64,000 bases of DNA from Bugula neritina (taxonomy: Eukaryota; Animalia; Bryozoa). Every line of letters begins with the position of its first letter. The stretch's first letter is position 1. The notes under the pieces are model-generated. The model made no database searches, was not told the origin of the DNA, and worked only from the letters and a program-made list of their open reading frames with translations. This document shows, in pieces, positions 1 to 11,480 of the stretch. The DNA lies in NCBI GenBank assembly GCA_964035545.1, contig OZ037773.1, positions 5,981,751 to 6,045,750 on the forward strand, given 5' to 3'. Position numbers and translations under genes: made by a program.

Positions 1-813
1 AATGGGTTAAAGACCATCCCGGAAGCTAGCCTAGCTATTAGGTGTAGAAAGAAATAAACTGAGATGAAAGGTTAAATTGAGGTTAAAGGTTAAACTGAGG
101 TGGCATATTATACTGAGAATGGCTTTTTATTTAACAAATATTGACCTAAATTAGAGCATAATGAAAAGACAACTGCTTTATTGCAATGCAAAATTCCACA
201 GAATTATTTCAATAGCAGATACACCATGCATCAATTAAAAACATGAAGTTTTTATCATTTTAAATTTGAACAGTTTACAAAAGCGATGGCATGATATTTC
301 AGTATAATAAATTTCATAATAATATTACTATTCTGATGACTAATAACTTATTAACAACCTCATTTTCAATAATGTTTGATTCACAGTACTTTTGTATATA
401 TTATTAGTAAGCTTAAAATTTAGTCGACTAAATAGTAAACAGCAAAAATGTGTATTATAGATAAAGCTTGAAGGATACAATAAACCATGACCTTAATAAT
501 ACAGTAGTTGAACATTACAAAGACAACTAAAAGTATCATAATTCATGAGACATGCTTATCATTAAATACAAAAACCTTAAAAATATCTAATCTTTGAATG
601 AAAATTTACAAGCTAATTTTTCAGGAATTGATAACTAGTTGCGAAAATACATAAAAAAATAAATTACACAGCTCACATGTATGTATATGTAAATCATGTT
701 CAGATAAACAGGTAAGCATTACCAATTTTATCCTTTGATTATAATTATATATTAAGCATTTCATAGCACTAGATTATTGATAATAATAACTATAAACAAA
801 GTTATATTCCTAC

Positions 814-1757
814 CTTGTCTATGAGCATTGAGCCACATAGACCTCTACGACCAGCGCTGCGGTCTGCAGAAGTCAATGCGCAATCCTCAGCAGCCACAAC
901 CATTTCACACTTCAGCCCCAAGGCTTTGGCTCTCTCTATGGCCAGGCCAAAGTTTACTCGATCTCCAGTGTAGTTTTTCACAACAACCAGAGTTCCAGCT
1001 GTTGCAGGAGATGGCAGAGATTGATACAAAAATTTAAGCAGATCTAATTCTAAGTAAAAAAATCTGAAAACTTGCCACGTTTCATTCAAAAAACGATTCA
1101 ATAAATGAAACCAAGTACAGCAAATAAATGAAAACACTTCAGATGTATACAATAGTATAAAATATATAAAATAGATAAAATTGGGCACAGCATAAATAAC
1201 GAACCAGGATTGCCAGATGCACAGCGCAAGATAGTCTCATATATGATTTGTGAAGGTGGAGAAGCAAATACATTCCCACAAACTGCTGCTGTCAATAATC
1301 CAGGTCCTACGTAGCCTACAAGTACACACAAAATAAACTATAAATAGTCAAATATCGGATTTAAAAATGCAACAATTACAAATTTTAACTTGAGTATAAC
1401 TTTCGCAGAAAAAAATGAGAACTTGCAGGTTCCCATAAGTTTTCTTTTTTTAATGTATCAACGATCAATATTTGATATGCAAAATCGACACAACAAGCAT
1501 TTGTTTAGTAAATTCGCTATAGCCAGTAGTCATTATGATTTTTCCTAGTTATTCTTACCAGCCCAAGCTGGTTCATGACCACTTCCACCACCACTTATGA
1601 TAGTGACTTGACTTTTCTGTTTGATCGCATCTACATCTTTGCGTATCACTACGCGCCCTCCACACATTGTGGTCAAACCACTGTTTACCATAACCAAACC
1701 CTCAATAGCATCATTCACTGCTGTTTCTGCCGAATTGATAATTTTCTTACTTGTCAT
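814..1757 (-). CDS. TKFC: Triokinase/FMN cyclase (dihydroxyacetone kinase), N-terminal DhaK part. Coding exons 1757-1559, 1315-1205, 998-814; the gene continues beyond the window start.
   Basis: Spliced translation MTSKKIINS...[32 protein letters not shown]...VKNYTGDRVNFGLAIE...AGRRGLCG contains the DAK1 signature motifs (GGGSGHEP, GxVFASP, KNYTGD, GRRG). GT-AG junctions are phase-consistent. Confidence 0.95.
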
Positions 1758-2354
1758 TTTCACTAAATACCTGAGAAAAGTCACAACTAACCTAGTAAAG
1801 CAAAAGAGACGCAATTTAGTTTGATTTTATTAAAATCAGAACATATATTTAAGAGTAAGTCACCATCACCACGGTTATGGTGATTAATTATAACAAACTG
1901 CACCAGAAAAAAATCATAATCCAAATTTCGACGATTTGAAATTGATGATTATCATATTAATATTAATTACAAAATACTTAATTAAATTTAAGATCATAAT
2001 CAATATTATGACATAAAATTTATTACAAGTTACATAACAATAACTATAAGTAAACAAATTAAAATATAAGCATAATCATAATGAATAAAATATTTATTAA
2101 CATAAAATTTAAATTTTATAATTATTGTCAAACTCAATCACAATGTCAAAGAGTTCGAGATGATAATCATAATGATAATCATAATTATAAATTATAAAAT
2201 GTTAAGCTTAAACCCACTACAATTTCAAACTTAAATCATTATTATATGACTGCTGTAAACCAAATTTAAAGGAATATTATACTAAACAGCATAACTATTT
2301 AATTTTATCATACCACCCTACTGTGAGCTACCAAAAGCAAATCTAGTAGTAGTT

Positions 2355-3081
2355 ACTAGTTACGCACAGCTTCGTGCAAAAGCATCCAATTTATGATGTT
2401 TCGGAAGTGTTAGATAAGTCTTAAAATAGCAGTAGTTAGAATTTGTATATAACGTAGACCAATGAACTTCCTAGTTCAGTGATGTAGACTACGCACCATT
2501 GAACTAGAAATAACCAGAAATAGTCTTTAGCTTACTGCGAATATTTTTATCTGGTTGGGGGTGGCTAAGTGCAGTAGTTTGCAGTTCTCACGTTTGGGGC
2601 TGGTTTTTCTTTTAACATTTAACCCAAACTACTGCACGCAATCACCCCCAACTTATATATAATCATTTTTTTTCATTCTTTTCACACTATTTGCCTATGA
2701 TCAATAATATATTCTTATAGGCATATAAAACCATCGAATTAAAAAAGAGTTATATTTAAATTAAAATCACCTAACAAACTCTTTTATCATAATAAAAAAC
2801 AATAAGCTATACAATGCAACAGTAGCACCTACTATTTTGCTTTTTCACTGATCTAGATAGCTTATTAATTTTCAAAATGTAGAGGTTCATGCATAGCAAC
2901 ACAGCTGTGATATGTTATGATAAGAAGTTGATAATTTCAGTTATATAAATACACTATTTTTGTTGGTTTTTTATTATAGTACAATAAATTTGATTAAACA
3001 AATGCTGTTCTGTGTTTACAATAATTGATTTGATAAAACACACACGCGCACACACTTGCATGCGTGTGTGCAAAAACTAGT
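2355..3081. mobile_element. Possible non-autonomous Helitron-like element(s), with hairpin-plus-CTAG termini at both ends
   Basis: 3048-3071 hairpin (gcacacac...gtgtgtgc) is followed 5 nt later by CTAG|T (3077-3081), the classic Helitron 3' end. A mirror-image ACTAGT plus short hairpin (gcac...gtgc) lies at 2355-2377. Confidence 0.35.
2554..2652. repeat. Short foldback (hairpin) element, copy 1 of a dispersed family
   Basis: Arms gttgggggtggctaagtgcagtagtttg / caaactactgcacgcaatcacccccaac. Related arms occur at 19610-19726 and 21242-21317. Confidence 0.7.
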
Positions 3082-3656
3082 ATAAAAGTTCTACAGGGTA
3101 TATATAACTTTTAAAAACGTATTTAAATATCGCAGCATACAGAAATGGTTTAAATACTCATAACACATAACATCCTACTTTTAGGAATTTTAGAGCTTTT
3201 TTATCTGGCGGCCTGGATATTTTATTATGTAATAAATAGTTTCATCATTTATTGTATAGGCCTATTACAATATATTATTTTATTTATGCTATCAATAATA
3301 TATTATAATATATTGCAATCTTTATATAATTAAACAAAAGTAGTCCAGCAAACATTACATATTTATTCAAGTTTCACTTGAATCATCTTTTAAATTACCA
3401 TATCTCAAACATGTCATTAATTCGTCTTTAAAACATGTCTGTGAAATAAGTTTTGTAACAGCAAAAAATTCATAGCACATAGAGATATATTATATTGCTG
3501 TTATATTGTATATATGAATAGTTTAATTATTAATAAATGTAATGATTTTAATCTTGAGCATTATCTGTCCTGGCCACATTTCTATAAGAGTAATATTCTA
3601 CTTGTTCTTTTTGACAAAGAACTAGCTAAATAATTATAGCATATTGACCACAAGTA

Positions 3657-6600
3657 TTACATAAGCCAATCCAATAATCCTCCTGCAGACTTAGAAGATC
3701 TGATTGAAGATCTGGAGCTCTCAGCTATCCTATGTCTGTCTCTTGGGCCTGAGCTTCGCCTTCGGCTCTTTCTGGAGCCCTCATGTGTATAATGGCTTCT
3801 ATTATCTCTGTTTAAACTTCTTTTCCTGGGAGAAGTTTCGTTCTGGTTATTGTATTTGCCATCTTTTGCACTAGAGCTTTGCTTTCTGCTTTTTCTTGAG
3901 CTCCCGTACGTATGATGGCTCTTATTATCTCTGTTTGAGCTTCTTTTCCTGGGAGAAGTTTCGTTCTGGTTATTGTATTTGCCATTTTTTGCGCTAAAGC
4001 TTTGCCTTCTGCTTTTTCTTGAGCTCTCGTACGTATGATGGCTCCTATTATCTCTGTTTGAGCTTCTTCTCCTGGGAGAGGTTTCGTTCTGGTGATTGTA
4101 TTTGCCATCTTTTGCACTAGAGCTTTGTCTTCTGCTCTTTCTTGAGCTTTCGTACGTATGATGGCTTCTATTATCTCTGTTTGAGCTTCTTCTCCTGGGA
4201 GAAGTTTCGTTCTGGTTATTGTATTTGCCATCTTTTGCACTAGAGCTTCGCCTTCTGCTCTTTCTTGAGCTCTCGTACGTATGATGGCTTCTATTATCTC
4301 TGTTTGAGCTTCCTCTCCTATGAGAAGTTTTAGGCTGGTTATTATATTTAGCTGGAGATCTCCCAGGTTCGTTTGCATGTGTTGAATGTTGGGTTGAAAC
4401 TCTTTGAGGTTCGATTGCATTTGTTGAGTGTTTGGTTAAAACTTGCCAAGGTTCTGTTACATTCGTTAAGTGCTTGGATGAAGATTTTCGAGGCTCCGTT
4501 GCCTTCATGGAGTGCTGGGCTGAATGCCTTTGAGATTCGATTGTATTTGTTAAGTGTTGGGCGGAAGACCTGTGAGGTGAGGTTAAATTTCTTGAGTGTT
4601 TGGTTGAACCTGATTGTCGACCTCTAGATGTCTCAACATTACCTGCAGACCTTGACAGCTCTCTGGCTTCCAGTATTAGCTGGTCAATGCTTTTTGAGGC
4701 TATCGGTGCCTGATTGGTATGAGCTGAGCTTTTCCCTGCGTTCAATTTCAGCCCAGATAGTCTAATTGAAGATGATCTCTTTAAATCATATGATGCTGCA
4801 GACTGTGCTTTCCTATCGGCTAATGATTTTCGGATAATTTCCTGTGCCATTGAAACCTTACTGTGGTCTCGTGCCATTTGATTATGATTGGCAAGCTTTG
4901 CTGCAGAACTTCTCAAGAGGTTGGCAGCAGAACCTAAACTTTTATTTTCATTTCCTGATTTCCCATAACTAAGTAAACCAGACATCTGAAGCCTTCCACC
5001 AGCTGTTTGATTTCTAAAATCAGGTGCATGCTTAGAGTCCTTTTCAAAATTTACTGTAGATTTTGCTGTTTGGAAACTTGAAAGATTTGCAGCAGAAGCT
5101 AAATGTTTATTTTGACCTGATTGAGAATTGAAGCCATTTGCTAATAACTGCTTTTCACTTAAATATGACTTTTTATTATCCACTGTATGTGGTGACAAAT
5201 TTTTCTTTGGCTGCGTGGGTTGCCGAGCTTTTGTTGAGTCTTTTGCTGGTGACAAATTTGACGATTTAGCAACACCAGAAGTTTGTGATTGCGCTTTTTC
5301 ATTACTTGCAGAAGATTTACGTTTACGGATTCTCTTCTTAGATCTAGAGGATGCAGAACTTTTGGTTTGACCAAATTCAGATGGCTCTGTAAAACTTCCA
5401 TCTTCTGTGCTATTGCGTTTTTCCTGTGTTACACGTGCACCTTCTTCCATTGCATTCAAGTCATCTACAAAATATAAAAGTCATCTACTTAATAAACAAA
5501 TTTTTCTCATAATGTGAAAGTCTTCAAGAGATTATATAACACGTATACAGAATACACTTTTTTATCTGTTTTTATGCTGATATATTTTTTATGATACAAC
5601 TAGTACATTCTTAGTGTGATCTTAATATGCTTAACTAATTTGACAATACTGTATATGACATAAGAACACACACACAAACACACATACACACCAATTCATG
5701 CACGTCAGCATACATGCCAACATAGATGTATATATGAATTCACTACCATTGAATGGATACCTACATCATCCTATACTTCACCATTGTTTTATGCCACCAT
5801 AGCTTATATACTTACTTGGAAGCATTAATTGTTTCCGGAGCATATACGTATTTTCCTGGTATTCATCTAGGGTAGAAAGTACGTCAGGAAACGGGCTACA
5901 AAATAGTTTACAGGAGACATTACTCTATTATTCCAAATGCAATTATTTTGTTTGTAAGTTGTTTGACTAATCTTCAATCACTGAACCTAAATTGCTGGCA
6001 AGCAGCTGCCATAACTCATAAGACTAACGAGGCCTGAGTTCATAAGCCTTTTATAGAGATTGTGCAGGACTTTTTCCTCTAATTAGAACTGTACTCTATA
6101 GACTTGTTTAATTTTTGAAGTCCTGCTTAGTGATAGAAAAACAGTGGCCATGGGCTAATAAAGTTTGTTGGTAACCTGAGCTGGCGTACTGAAAAGCAAC
6201 TCTGTGACTCATAAACACATGGTCAGATGACAAAGTGACTACATGCTTACTCTTTTGAAGATTTCTTAGATTCTTGCTTCGGCAGGCATGAGTCAAAATT
6301 ACAGTCTAATTTATGCTCGCCTTTACAGTCACATGATCTAAACGATAACAGAATGACAAAGATTTTAATTTTATTTACTCTAACCACACAGAAAATGTTT
6401 TTGGCACAATAACAGCTTGAGTTGATGCTGAGCTTTGTAATGTGTAGTTGTGAAATTTAATCTCTTAAACATATTATAGATAAGAGTTATATATATAAGC
6501 ATTTTCTCAGCCAGTGCTATTCAAGGAACTATACAAGATAAAAGAAAGTGTACGGAAGTAGATATGGCAACTTACAAGAAGCCACAGAGTAATGTACAGT

Positions 6601-7021
6601 ACTTTTTAGGGTTGCAGCACACTTCTATAGCTAAGTGCCGTAACTCCTTTCTGTAAAAAAACATCAAGTAATTACACTAATCGTACACTGTTTATGTCCT
6701 TCACTGTATTAACATTACCATGTTCTATATGCTACTATGTGGTCAAGCACAGAGCTTGTGAGTCCTCAAAACTTTTTCAAACGTTTTTAATATCAACAAA
6801 AATCTTTCTCATAGGAATTTCATTTCCAAAGTTGTAGCAGTTTTATTTTTAACTCTCAAATGTTATGATATCTGTAGCAGTCAACATTTACATTAACATG
6901 GCATATCCATGATGCTATAACTGGAATTATGTTCAGTGCATGATGATACGTAACATGAACAAAAACTTTTATATATTTCTTACGCAGTTGCTGAAAGAAG
7001 AAATTTGTCTGTCATCTTCAT
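3657..7021 (-). CDS. Orphan protein (~666 aa if started at the ATG at 7021) with a long basic Ser/Arg/His-rich repetitive tail. Exons 7021-6984, 6650-6576, 5895-5816, 5464-3657.
   Basis: A 1.8-kb open terminal exon plus three upstream exons with GTAAG donors and AG acceptors that join in frame (MKMTDKFLLSATAKELRHLAIEVCCNPKKYCTLLCGFFPFPDVLSTLDEYQENTYMLRKQLMLPNDLNAMEEG...). No family recognised, and the start codon is uncertain. Confidence 0.55.
3750..4350 (-). repeat. Coding tandem repeat, 123 bp / 41 aa, about 5 copies (KDGKYNNQNETSPRRRSSNRDNRSHHTYESSRKSRRQSSSA)
   Basis: tcgttctggt recurs at 3838, 3961, 4084 and 4207 (period 123). Confidence 0.95.
4350..4605 (-). repeat. Degenerate coding repeat, 42 bp / 14 aa, about 6 copies (Q/K-H-x-T-N-x-x-E-P-x-R-x-S-x)
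   Basis: Successive units in the ORF: QHLTNTIESQRHSA, QHSMKATEPRKSSS, KHLTNVTEPWQVLT, KHSTNAIEPQRVST, QHSTHANEPGRSPA. Confidence 0.8.
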
Positions 7022-8600
7022 ACCACAGAAATAAATCACATATAAAAGTAAAACCAATAAAATTAGGGTTTAATATTTTGAATAGCATAGCGTGGGAGTT
7101 TTATAGGGAATAAGACAATTGCTAAAGTCTGGATCACACTCTAAAGTGGTGCTCAGCAGTAACAACATATAGAAAACATTAAAGTGATTGTTGTTGAACA
7201 ATTCATTAATTACAGCAACTCTTTTAGCATCACCAGAGTCTACAAAGTTTCAGGGGCACAACTTCTCAGATAGAGAAATGTGAGTATTACTTACAGCTGT
7301 GTCATTACCCTGTTTGATCAAAGTGTATAAAGAAAGCCGCGGTGCATTTTAGCTCAAGATGTGTTGAAAACCCCTTTAAACAACTTCTTTCATGAGAAGT
7401 AAGGGATTATATTGAGTTGGCGTGTGTCCAAGTACGTAAAGGTAAGGTTTGGATGAGAAAAAAGGGGGGCAATTATGCACTTTGGCCCATATTGTATTAT
7501 TTCACTACACTTTCCTATGCTTCGAGTGTACTAGTATAATAGTGCCAGTGACACAGCCTGTACCAAAACTGGAAAATAGCTCATTCACAGCAGATTTTGC
7601 TACCCAATTTAAAAGTATTGTATAATATGCAGTACAAAAATGATGTTATGTACTAAATAACAACAAAAATTTAGTAATATTTAACAGTATGCTTACATTG
7701 TTGTCATGGTGATTATCAAGATGACAGCAATACATAGGAGGATGGTGACAATCACAAGCAGTGGTATTGGTATCATAATCATGATGGCAGCTACAAAATA
7801 ATACTAAAGGCATTCTAAAGGGAAAAATTTCTTATACTTAATAATGTTCTCTATGCCCAAACAAAAGTCGTGCTGTTTTATATCATCATTATTCAGTGTT
7901 CACTCATCATAGTGAAAAGAAAATACATGCTGAGTTATGTCTTTAGAAAAACACTATATCTTCAGGATTGCATTAATTAGGCAAGTATATACAACTTGTT
8001 ACACATAATGATAATAAGTTACTGGTATTTTACTTTTTTATCTGACATGTATAGTATGCTTTTGTCAGCCAGACTTTAATCCACCTCATAAATCACCCAT
8101 TATTTAAAGTCAGAGTTTAGAAAAATGCTGTTGCAGTTTTAAACTTTTAATGGAAGTTTTTTCCAAACAAATAGTTATGAAAAGTTAAAAAGCTTATATT
8201 TTATAACTGCGCACTTTCCAAAAGCCCTGACATAAGATTCCAAAATAACAACAAGCAAACTTAATGGCATGCAGAAATAATGCTCTCAAATTATTCTAGA
8301 AGCTTCCGAAAAAGCGCTTCTAGAATAATCGGTAAAAATATCAATATACCTAATTATTTAAAACACCATAAAGGAATAACAAATGTAAAACATACTTACA
8401 TTTGTATTGGCACTGCTTCCTCAAAATTTACAAATTTAGCTTCTAAACTCTACATCCTAATTCCTGTATATTTAGAAAAACATTAAAATGCATTTTTTAA
8501 CTACCTATGAGCAGTTTTTTCAAGTCTAGCTTTTGAATGCAGCAGAAGATATGCAGTTCTGATTCCAATCAAGTGAAAGAATAGCCATCATCGTGTCAAG
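7022..8600 (-). pseudogene. Decayed upstream exons of a membrane protein gene. Approximate exons 8600-8505, 8463-8400, 7790-7697, 7557-7295, 7239-6984.
   Basis: AG acceptors and GT donors (mostly GTAAG) bound segments encoding hydrophobic helices (AIMIMIPIPLLVIVTILLCIAVILIITM; TLILLVLLLYVIYFCG). The frames carry stops, e.g. in-frame TAA at 7072-7070 and several in 7557-7295. Confidence 0.45.
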
Positions 8601-10124
8601 ATAAAAACATAAGTTGAGAAATAAAATGATATTACAATAAATAATAATAATATATTTTAAATACTTATGACTTTTGCTGATCGAATAAAATTAAGCCAAC
8701 AATATCAAATTCCTCACATAAACTTTCTTAATCAAGTTTGATTGTTGGGGTATAAAAAATATTGATTAATTTTTTTGCAGAATAGTAAATGCATTTTAAT
8801 ATGCAGTTGCAAAGTTACATCGGCTCTACAAAAGTCATCATATTCTGGCGTGCATGATAGCAGAAATGGGAAACATGAATGCATGCAGATGTTTGATTAG
8901 TTGTGTGTTGTCCAGGTGCTAGATTGCAGGTAAATATTTGGTTTCAACGAAATGCTGCACACAAGCTGAATGTAAATAAAGTATGGATTTCAAATGGTGA
9001 TAAATTAATCAATGCTAATCAATAAAATTCATAAGTCAACTGATCTTTTGAACAAAGCAAAAGAACCTGTATTGACCTTTAAGAGCAAGTTGATACCAGG
9101 ACTTCATACAGCATTACTAGACACACTAGAATATTAGTTACACATTCATAGAGCACTGAAACTCTTATACATAGCAGTTGACTTATAAACAATTGAAATC
9201 GGGGATATAATTCTGCTCTTTTAAAGGTAACATGTTATTTATTGATGCTATATTTAGAACCCTGTTGAGTTAATTGTTGAGATTGAAAATATTCTCTGTA
9301 ATTTAAATTTTTTTTATAACATCATTATACCATTTATAATCAAATATAGTATTATTACTTGGATTATGCCACTATATCAGATATTCTTAGTACTATAGAG
9401 CTACTTGGAAATTAATGATATCTTGAAGCAGAATTGAGATGTTTGTATGCTCCCTGTGACACGAATTGTGATTTTTTACTCGAACTAAAATGCTGAAAGA
9501 CGCTGAAATTATGATCTTGCAATACAATTCCTGTGTAATATTTTTTACAACATTACAAGGAGTCATTATTAATTTTTTACACTGCAAGGCCCTCATCAAA
9601 AATCTTGCACATTCAAAATTTTATTATAATGTGGATATAACATAGGCTACGAAAAAAATCTCTGATCTATAAACTTTTGAGTCGTATAAACAATATAACT
9701 AAGAGCTGGCTATTGCTCCTACTTTAAGTTTATAGATTTCAATGTCAATGTGTCAGGATTTCAGTGTGTCAGAGCTATATGCAGCTGTGATTACATGATG
9801 CTTGGGGTTAAAACTCTAAAATTTCGGTAAACTCTTCCAGGTTTAGTCACAAGCTTTACAGCAGACCTTAGGGGTTAGTGCTTAAGAGTTACCAATTCCA
9901 TTCTTATTAACCAGTAACTGGGTTATAGTAGATACGGTTGTAGGAATTCCCATTTAACATGTTTACGAAAGACCAAGGCAATTCAACTGGTTAGTCACAG
10001 GCAAACCCTATAATAAGGTAAAAGCCATATGACCCATGCATATTACGCCCAACTCTTGTATCAGTTGTCTACTAACAGGAAGCAAACATTTTTTTTAGAC
10101 ATCAGAAACACGACCTCTCTACTC

Positions 10125-10613
10125 ATGGATGCAGATTCGCAGCAGAAGGCTGTAGCGTTCGTTGAACTTCTTTTCGATGTAACAACAATAGGAGCTCTGA
10201 TCGGTAGTCTCACCATTTTCTGCGAAAAGCCGCTAAGCCATGCCCAGTCATGCTGCACAGTCACCTGGAGTATTGTGAAAATAATACTTGCCATGGAGGG
10301 ATTTTTGTGTGGTTGCTTTGTGATCCAAGATTGGGACCATAAACTAGCAACCTTTATATCAGGAATCATTGTGATTGCTATAATTACATTTTCTTCACCT
10401 AAATATTATTATGATTGGAGTCCGCCGGTTTTTGACTTAGTTGCATCTCTTTCCCAGTTTAGTATCTCTTTCATTTTTGAAATTAGTAAGTCTCATGATG
10501 AGGATGTTAATGGCATAGTATTTGTTAAAGCACTTTTCATCTCCTTGGGTGCAGTGTCATATTGGTTTAATTTCCGGGATTCTGAAAATGGCACAGTTTG
10601 CAATTGTTGTTGA
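10125..10613 (+). CDS. Orphan small multi-pass membrane protein (162 aa, about 4-5 TM segments) with a single coding exon
   Basis: ORF with alternating hydrophobic segments. An acceptor-like ctaacag at 10072-10078 precedes ATG 10125, and AATAAA occurs at about 10872. No family recognised. Confidence 0.6.
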   Translation: MDADSQQKAVAFVELLFDVTTIGALIGSLTIFCEKPLSHAQSCCTVTWSIVKIILAMEGFLCGCFVIQDWDHKLATFISGIIVIAIITFSSPKYYYDWSPPVFDLVASLSQFSISFIFEISKSHDEDVNGIVFVKALFISLGAVSYWFNFRDSENGTVCNCC

Positions 10614-11480
10614 ACATTTTTTTTTACATAAAGAATCAAACTCTACACGGGTTTACAAGTTATGTTTTACCGCATAAAACTATATTTGAATTTATATAAA
10701 ATATTATTATATAGTATAACTTATGTCATGTATTATTACACACCCAGTAGTTTCAAATAAGCAGCGCTTCCTGTGCTGTATAATGCATTTAAAGCTTAAT
10801 TATATTTTTAATCATTTTATTATATCAAAAAGGCCTACCCACGCAGATATTACTAATTTTTATTATTGTTGAATAAATAAACTGTAATAATAAAAACAGC
10901 AAATGGGATGAAGTACAGGATGGCCAGTTCGTTAGGCAGTTTTCTAAATACTACATTTATCAATAGTACAAATAGTCAGTGGAAAAATATATTCTGTGTA
11001 CGATTGAAATACTAATATAATATATATCAAAATAGTCAGTACAACAGTACAAAGCCTGCTATGGGGAAATTACTCCCATTCCCAGGCAAATTAATGATAA
11101 TAATCATCATATATTTGCAAACGAGTGAATTTAAAGTTTCATAATATTACACTTCATCTGTATTTGAAAGCTATAAGAATTAGGTTACAAGTTCACTTAA
11201 CGTTTGTACAATTACTCTATTACTGTACTTTGGGGATACAAATACTAGAAAAGACATTAAATGCACTATCTATTAGGTGAACAATAAATTGAAATATCAG
11301 GTATATCACAAAAAGCAATGCAAATACTGTATGATTGTAAATTAGTAGGACCTTCGTGTGATCGACGTTATATTAATACACCAACAGGCATAGCTGCGGG
11401 TCCGGTAAGTTTAAATATCACAATAAATGCATTAGAAGCTATCTCTCTTGGCAATGAGTCCTATTCGAAGTTGTCTTTTC

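Noticed and set aside
3812-4420. 202-aa overlapping alternative-frame ORF
   Set aside because: Expected by-product of a 123-bp repeat whose unit lacks stops in a second frame. There is no independent start or splice support.
7295-7557. Several in-frame TGA codons as selenocysteine or an alternative genetic code
   Set aside because: TAA and TAG stops also occur in every frame, neighbouring genes use TGA as stop, and no SECIS was recognised. Decay is the simpler explanation.
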